A DNA stretch of 59,399 nucleotides, filler included, from Bipalium vagum (Eukaryota): the NCBI GenBank assembly GCA_037834085.1. It is 3 parts of 3 records of this genome, joined end to end, with 100 filler letters (N's around TTAATTAATTAA, not from the genome) between each part and the next. Parts side by side here need not be neighbours in the genome. Positions count along the whole stretch, not along the records: positions 38,843 to 59,399 come from JBBMKC010250152.1; 2 more parts are not named here. One strand, written 5' to 3'. Numbering within the stretch: position 1 is the stretch's first letter; each line of letters opens with the position of its first letter. Of this stretch, positions 52,776-59,399 are shown piece after piece. Under the pieces are notes generated by a model. It did not search any database, was not told where the DNA came from, and saw only the letters and a program-made list of their open reading frames with translations. The position numbers were made by a program, and so were the translations under genes.

Positions 52776-53200
52776 ATGAGTCGATTTAAGATTGTAAAAA
52801 CAAATTCATTGCTATAGTTTTTATGTAAACATGGAATTAACACAACATCAAATTTAGATTTAATTGATATTACTGAAGACTTAAAATTACGAGACGGAGT
52901 CTCTCATATCAAAGGTATGCCATTAAAATAATATGGCATGAACTATCTGAAAAAAAGATTTAAATCTGAAGTTTCATTAATTATTAAATATCAAAATACA
53001 AATCAAAAAGAAATTCATTAGGTTGGGTATTACGCTGGATACTATTTTGATTCTTATAGTTTACCACCATTTGAAGATTTAGAAAAACATGTTAAGGAGT
53101 ACAACAGATTTGATTTTCAATCTGAAACAGATTTAGAGTATTGTGAACGAATATTTTTATATGTTTTATATCAACTTTTTCAAGGAAAAAATTGAGGAAA
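52776..53200 (+). pseudogene. adenain-like cysteine protease, copy 2
   Basis: EIH*VGYYAGYYFDSYSLPP...YNRFDFQSETDLEYC (His, Asp, Gln and Cys positions retained). Confidence 0.8.
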
Positions 53201-54229
53201 TTTTAGCAGAGTTGGAATATGTTATTTTTGGGAAGTTGAAACTAAATGAGGGATTATCAGTCTTTGAGAACAAGACCCAGAGCTCCCTTTTATTACTTTT
53301 CCACTTACAAAATTCATTTCCATTTTTAATAAGAAAAAAATGGCTTCAAAAATAGGACTAAAAACAAAATATTTTTCAACAATAAAACTAAACAAAAAAA
53401 TACCAAAAATGTAAAATAAAGGAAACATAAAAACACGTAAACTATAAAATTTAAAAATGATAAAAATGATCCATTTTGCATAAACATGAAAACGAAAAAA
53501 CATACGTATATTTAAAAGTATGCATGAAATAAGTATGAATAAAAAGTACTAATGAAATTAGTACTAGTACTAATAAAGATACTAATAGTATTAATTAAAG
53601 TACTAATATTACTAATTTTAGTTGTACTGAAAAAATTAGTTTTAATAAAAGTACTAATGAAAAAAGAAAAGGAAATGTTCTTAATTAAAAAAGGAGGTGA
53701 TATTTAACAAGCAATAACAAATAATACATTTTAAAACAAATCTACGACAGGTAAATATTCATGAGAATTTCATTTAAAATCTTAAAACCCTTTTCATAAA
53801 ACAAGATGTTCTCCTAAAAATCTTATAAACCTATTTACTCTAACTATTTCCGTTTTTTTACTAATTTTTATAAATAAAAAATTCTTAAAAAATAAAAATT
53901 TGAAAATTTTTTATCACAATATTTTTCATGAGAAATTCTCGCTGCAACAGTTCTAAATTTTCTTCCCGAAAATCGTATTGTTTTTCACGTAGTTGATTAT
54001 CATTTACTTTTTATGTAATTAAATGTGACTTTTGATGTGATCGCACTGCGTCAGTCATCTTCAATCATTGTAGGGCATCGAAATGACAATCCAGAACTGT
54101 GAATGATTGAAAAAGAAAGAGCACGTTCTTCTGCACTTTAACTATCTTCATAAGATTCTCTGTTTTGCGTGATTCTTCCAGCACAAAGGATTTTATGATA
54201 CCTTGACATTTACAGGGTTATTCAGTCTT

Positions 54230-54570
54230 TGTTGTTTTATTCAATCTTCTATCACAATTCCATCAATATTAATCGTACATAATACATTATTGTCTATTTT
54301 TCTGTTTTCTGGAACATTGATATAAGCCTTGGAATTTTTAGACGAGTAACCATACGTTCTAGGGTTTAAATTAAATCATGTTTCATTTCAAATCACTAAA
54401 TTTTCATCAGAAATCATTCCTTTTTTCATACGTTGCACGAGCACTAATTTTTCTCCAGTGTTTCTTTCGTTTGGGACTTGATTGAGACGTTTTCTGGTAA
54501 GATCCATCTTCTTTAATTTCCTGCCAATTGTTGGTTGGGATCAATTGATGCTGTGTTGTGCAGATCCTTT
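54230..54570 (-). mobile_element. IS630/Tc1-like transposase fragment
   Basis: SQPTIGRKLKKMDLTRKRLNQVPNERNT...ISDENLVI*NET*FNL...YGYS...NVLCTINIDGI. Confidence 0.75.
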
Positions 54571-56352
54571 TGGATATAGCCATTTTTAAACGAAACGGAA
54601 TTGAAAATATTTTGACCGACATCGTTTAAACTGCATTTTCCGTTGCTGTGTTATGCTTGGGTCTAATCCCAGCAGAAACAATTTCCTTGCATTGAGTAAA
54701 TATTCTTCAAGTATTTATATAACCTTTGTACCTCCTGCTAGAGTTTGATCAATACATAACATCCTTTTAGATATTTCCACATTATTCGTTACTTCTACTA
54801 AATGGTTTTAAATATTCTTCAACATCTTTTTATCTTTGATTTTTTTATTATTGTTAAATAGGGTTATAATAAATAATAATTAATATTATTAACAGAATTA
54901 ATTAAACTTTCAACATTAGAAATTGACATTATACATTATAATTCAAAATTAGATAAATTATATATTCTAATCACCATACAAGTTTGCGTATTTTACTTAA
55001 AATTATTTTATTTATATTTATTGTTTTCTTAGTCTCAATTATGTTTATTATTTTTCTGAAATCTTTATTTCCTCTCCCTTTCCACAGACGCCATATTTTA
55101 AATTTTCAATCATTTCATCTTCCAATTTTGTTTCAAAATATAAAAATTAATAATCGATTTTGCAATATCAATATTTCCAATAAACCGTTTTGAAATAAAT
55201 TTTAATGCTTCGTTTTTTCTAAATCCAGATCATAATGGATTATTTTTTATAAGATTTATAACACGTTTTTCTCCCAAAGTTATTTGATCGTTATTGACAA
55301 TTGGAATTAATTTCCCTCACTCATTTTTAAAGAGAAAAATAAATGTTTTTCTCAACATTATCTCGATCAAACCAATCTTCATTTTTTTTCAATTACATTT
55401 CTACTTCTGATTTCTGAGAAAATTCTGACCTTTGTTGATTTTTAGGATTTTGGAATCTTATTTTTTTTATATTTTTAGGATCTTATTGACGCGACAATCA
55501 AGCAAAGGAAGTAAACAGGTTGGACAGAGATTCTACAAGACGTTGAGTTTGTGATCAGCGCCCAGGTTCAAAAGTCTACGAGGATAAAGTCGTAGGAAAT
55601 TTTTTTTGGCAGGAAAATCTTCAGGGAAAGGTGAATTTCAAGGATCGATTTGGATATCAGAATGAGGAAAATAGAAACGAAACAAGATGCCCCCCAATCT
55701 CAACGGTTAGAATCCAATTTGTTGTGGAAGACAATGTCTTGATAAAGCGGAGAACAGAAACAAGGAACAAGATCGATATATTGGACCATACAAAGTGATC
55801 AAGAAAAGTCATGACAGAAGATATATTCATGGGATCCAGGAGATGTATAGAATAAAAAAAAGTCTATGTACTTTGTTAGGAAGAAAATATGCCACAAAGC
55901 AGAACCCAAAGAACAATGAGATCGGTCCATAAAACTTTCGTGAGCTGACGAACCGATCCGTCCATGACGCAGATCAGAAATGTGAAAGGGAAACGGAACC
56001 GGATCAATTATTTTTAATTTTAATCTAAATTTATGAAGATAAATTTATTTAATAAATTTAAAACGGTTATGAATAAAATCTATTTCAATCTCCATAGCAG
56101 CGCGACCCCTGGTCACAAATATTTTAAATTCTGAAAGTAAATTTATAAACAATTAATTATAATAGAATTATTTCCGGTCGAAAGATTTCGGTCGCTCTCA
56201 CGATGCACATGGAAGCCTTGTAGGTCGAAGGGTTCTTCCAGATAACCAATTTATATCAATTACCATTAAAAATAGAATCCATAAATCTTCACAATCGATG
56301 AAAATAATAATAAATAATAATAATAATTATTAATTAATTAATAATAATAATT

Positions 56353-56372
56353 GTAGCTCAGCGGTCAGAGCA
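56353..56372 (+). other. tRNA D-arm/A-box-like fragment (possible SINE head relic)
   Basis: GTAGCTCAGCGGTCAGAGCA with GCTC/GAGC stem; no B-box or acceptor stem. Confidence 0.4.
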
Positions 56373-56609
56373 GTCCATTTTCATTGTATTCTGCTTTTAT
56401 CCTTTTCTCTTTCTCTTTTTATGTTTGGGTTGTTTTTTGAAAATAAAAACTGAAAGAAATCGTTGAAGTTGTTTTGATGAAAGGTCACGAAGTATCAAAA
56501 AGATTTAAAATCAAAAATATTAATAAAAAATAAAGGATCCCTTGATTCTGTGTTATGTATGGTTGAATGATGGTGACATGTAAATCGGGAAAATAACGTA
56601 ACAATGTCT

Positions 56610-56863
56610 TCATATTAGTGGTCTTTGGCTGTCAGGTATGGTCAGTGGCGGTCCTTTGGAAAAGAAAAGGATAAAAATGCCATTCAACAAAAATCAATTG
56701 GAGATCGGAACTAACTCTTTTTTTCTTCGTTTTCATCATATACTTCTGAAGATTTCGACGACTTCTCCAAACTTTTGTGTGAGTCTTTCATTTCACTGTG
56801 GACAGGGATAACGTTACCATTCTCTTTTTCCAAGACATTCTTTGCAAGATCTGATTAATTATA

Positions 56864-56915
<52 letters not shown>

Positions 56916-57842
56916 ATAAATTGCTAACCTTTCTCCAATTCCGTCCACAAGACGGTTAAAGTTTGGAGTGATTTTTGTAATTCATCGTTGGAATATTGTC
57001 CTTCTTCTTCCTCGGCACGACTGATCCCTCTTGTTTCTGTTGCATTTTTATTCCTCCTCATTTTCATTACACATTCCCTCTTCACGTACCCGACAGCACA
57101 ACCCAATACGAAACCTTTATCGGTGGACCAATCAGATCAAAGAATAAAACCACACGATATCGACGATACCCAATATGAAAATGGGGACCCAAATCCAAAC
57201 AGAATTGACGATATCCAATGACCGAACATCCTTTGGCATAATCCGAACAGTTGATCTCTGCAGTGAAGACTCGTCATCATCGCGACACTCCTCCTCGCTG
57301 ATCTCGTTCAGTCTCAGCTCCATCCTGACGACAGTGTCCTTGTCCTTCAGACCACGGTTGTTGTAGACCAAGTGAGCCTTGACGAATCCGTCGAAGTGCT
57401 TCATTGAGGGTTTGAGATAACCACCACAAATCATTGATAGCTGAATCGATGGAGACATCGTCATAAACAATCATCGTTATTATCGAGACAAAGTAGATTA
57501 ACTTTTCTGTGTCGGTCCAACAAATTGGTTTTGATGTTTATTTCGAATAACGGACATCGTCGAGTCCATATATCCTGTTTCATCAATGTAATCTGTTCGC
57601 TGGTTAACAGCAAGCGAGAATTTTCAGTTACAGTGCTGAAATTCAAAAAGCAATCCAAAGGTTCCGTCAACGGAGGCAACAGGATGATCTTAAAAAGACA
57701 TTTGGAGTGGAGCTTGACTTGGTCTTTGCAATTGTTTTTTGTGATCTCTAAATGTAACTTTAAAAAGACTAAAAACTTTAAACGTCCCTCTACCTAAAGC
57801 CACCAGTGCCCCGAGCAGAAGAGAAATGAGAAAATAATTCAT
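56610..57842 (-). CDS. Unknown type I single-pass membrane protein, paralog B (6 exons, ~309 aa)
   Basis: Exons 57842-57794, 57747-57503, 57440-57170, 57114-56929, 56850-56716, 56653-56610. Signal peptide MNYFLISLLLGALVAL; TM VWIWVPIFILGFVLGCAVGYV followed by KR; intron positions shared with paralog A. Confidence 0.75.
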
Positions 57843-57989
57843 TTTAAAGAGCATTTAAAAACCGCTCTTCGTAAACAATGTTAAATTGGATTATTTAAAC
57901 AAAACCCGAGGGCCATTAAAAATAAATGGCGGATTAAAAATAGAAATTAATCTATTAAAATATAGATTAAATATATATATAATTGATTT

Positions 57990-58240
57990 GAATTAGGATT
58001 ATCAAAAAATGAGATTTATGAAAGTTTAAAAATAAAAAAAATTTGATTAAAATAAAGATTTTGAACTTAAAGAAAAAACAATAAAAGTTACTTTGAGGGA
58101 TAAAGCAAATGAAATTCAACTTCCTGATAAATTAGATAAAAATTTTAAAAAGTTAATTATTTTTGATGATGTAATAAATGAAAAAAATCAGACTATTATG
58201 GAAATGTATTTTACAAGAGGAAGACATAATAATATTAAGA
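57990..58240 (+). pseudogene. Polinton A32/FtsK-like packaging ATPase fragment
   Basis: LPDKLDKNFKKLIIFDDVINEKNQTIMEMYFTRGRHNNI (Walker B plus RGRH); Walker A missing. Confidence 0.85.
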
Positions 58241-59170
58241 TCAACAGAAGTAGAAACAACTGAATATTTAGGAACTTCAAATTCTATAACAAACTTTGTA
58301 TTAATGATAAAAATAATGATGGAGAAATTTTTGGATGGGTTCCTGATAAAATTAAAGAAGATCCAAATAAAGATAATAAAGGATTTAAAACAAGAAAAAA
58401 TTTATAATCAAATAAAAAATTTATCGGTGAATTTCTTTTAAAATTAATGTTTGGATTTTTACAATTTTTTAATCGAGTTATATATAATATGCAAGGAGAA
58501 AAATAGATATTGATAAAGAAATATTTTTGTTGGAATAAACGAAGATGGAAAAATAAAATTGCTTGATCTAAAATTATTCATTCTAGAATTACAATTAAAT
58601 TCTGAAAGTGAATTACAATTAATTTCTAGAATTGATGATGGAAAAAATATAAGTGTAAATTTTTGTAAAGACATTGTGGAGAAAGAAATTTAACAGACGG
58701 AACAACTCAAACTTTACAATTATATAATATTCCAAATAGGCCAATTTATATTTTTGATGGATTTAGAGAATATGAATTTTAATTTAGAAAAATAAAAGTT
58801 TATTTATTCAAGATGAAATAAAATCTTTAAGAATACAAGTAAATAATTCTTACTGTCCTTTAAAAACCCTGTTCAATTTGAGAAAGGATAAAAAATAAAT
58901 AAACTTATTCGAATTATATAAAAACTCGCAAATATTTTTCAAACAATCCCCAATTATCTTTATTAGAATTTCAAATTTTATATTTTGTTTTGATCAACCA
59001 GAAAATTTGTGTTTAAATGGAGCAGTTATAACTTTACATATTTTTAAAGATAAAGATTTTAAAGGAAAAATAAAACGTTTTTTTTATCGCAAGAGCAATT
59101 TATGGAAATAAAATTAAAAGGCGGAAAATTTTTAATATTGATACAAAAGTAAAAATTAATTTGAAATAGA
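58240..59170 (+). pseudogene. Polinton major capsid protein (double jelly-roll) remnant
   Basis: EVETTEYLG, LKLMFGF..FNRVIYN, KIKLLDLKLF...ISVNF, RPIYIFDGF, LRIQVNNSYCP and PQLSLLEF in the order expected for Polinton MCP. Confidence 0.7.
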
Positions 59171-59399
59171 TTTTTTCATAATGTTTAATATTATTACATA
59201 ATAATATATTAATTATTACACTTTTATAACATTTTCTATTGCCCTTTTTCCGATATATTTTTTAATCTTTATATATTTTTAATTTTTATAATTATTTTTC
59301 AAATATTTTTTTAGTTTAGGTATGTGGAGACTACGACCAAACAAGACTCCAAAAACACAATCAGCACCCAATTCGTGAACTTATTGATAAACTTTTTGT

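Larger units (their letters stand above)
55479..57909. repeat. duplicated segment, copy 2 (includes integrase tail ~55479-55910)
   Basis: Collinear with 44820-47298 and shares the same integrase stop codons. Confidence 0.95.
50120..59170 (+). mobile_element. fragmented Polinton/Maverick (adintovirus-like) element with nested insertions
   Basis: Co-oriented PLA2X-INT, core-like, PRO x2, ATPase and MCP remnants; termini not identified. Confidence 0.85.

Noticed and set aside
59320-59399. Possible third copy of the duplicated unit (CAATTCGTGAACTTATTGA)
   Set aside because: Similarity is limited to ~19 nt and the flanks do not align; truncated by the window end.

Overview
Very AT-rich eukaryotic (invertebrate animal) scaffold, not prokaryotic. 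It contains three assembly gaps, two of them with an artificial TTAATTAATTAA linker. (1) 2.4-8.5 kb, minus strand: six spliced exons of an EGFR-family receptor ectodomain (second L domain plus an extended invertebrate-type furin-like domain IV). The TM/kinase exons are not in the window, and the L1/CR1 exons were not found. (2) 9-44 kb: mostly decayed Tc1/mariner, Merlin, Ty3/Gypsy and possibly piggyBac remnants. (3) 40-41 kb and 50-59 kb: a fragmented Polinton/Maverick (adintovirus-like) element with pPolB, a PLA2X-integrase fusion, a putative core protein, two tandem adenain-like proteases, an A32-like ATPase and the major capsid protein. Two observations stand out. First, ~30-nt GNA-triloop double-hairpin cassettes sit inside four different Polinton genes, and the protease paralog provides an empty-site control. 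Second, there are two intact, multi-exon paralogs of an unrecognised ~308-aa type I membrane protein that the ORF track misses because of 46-80 nt introns; their exons are more diverged than the dead integrase flank duplicated with them. A minimal Penelope-type hammerhead ribozyme lies in an EGFR intron. All family assignments come from motif recognition by eye, not database searches.
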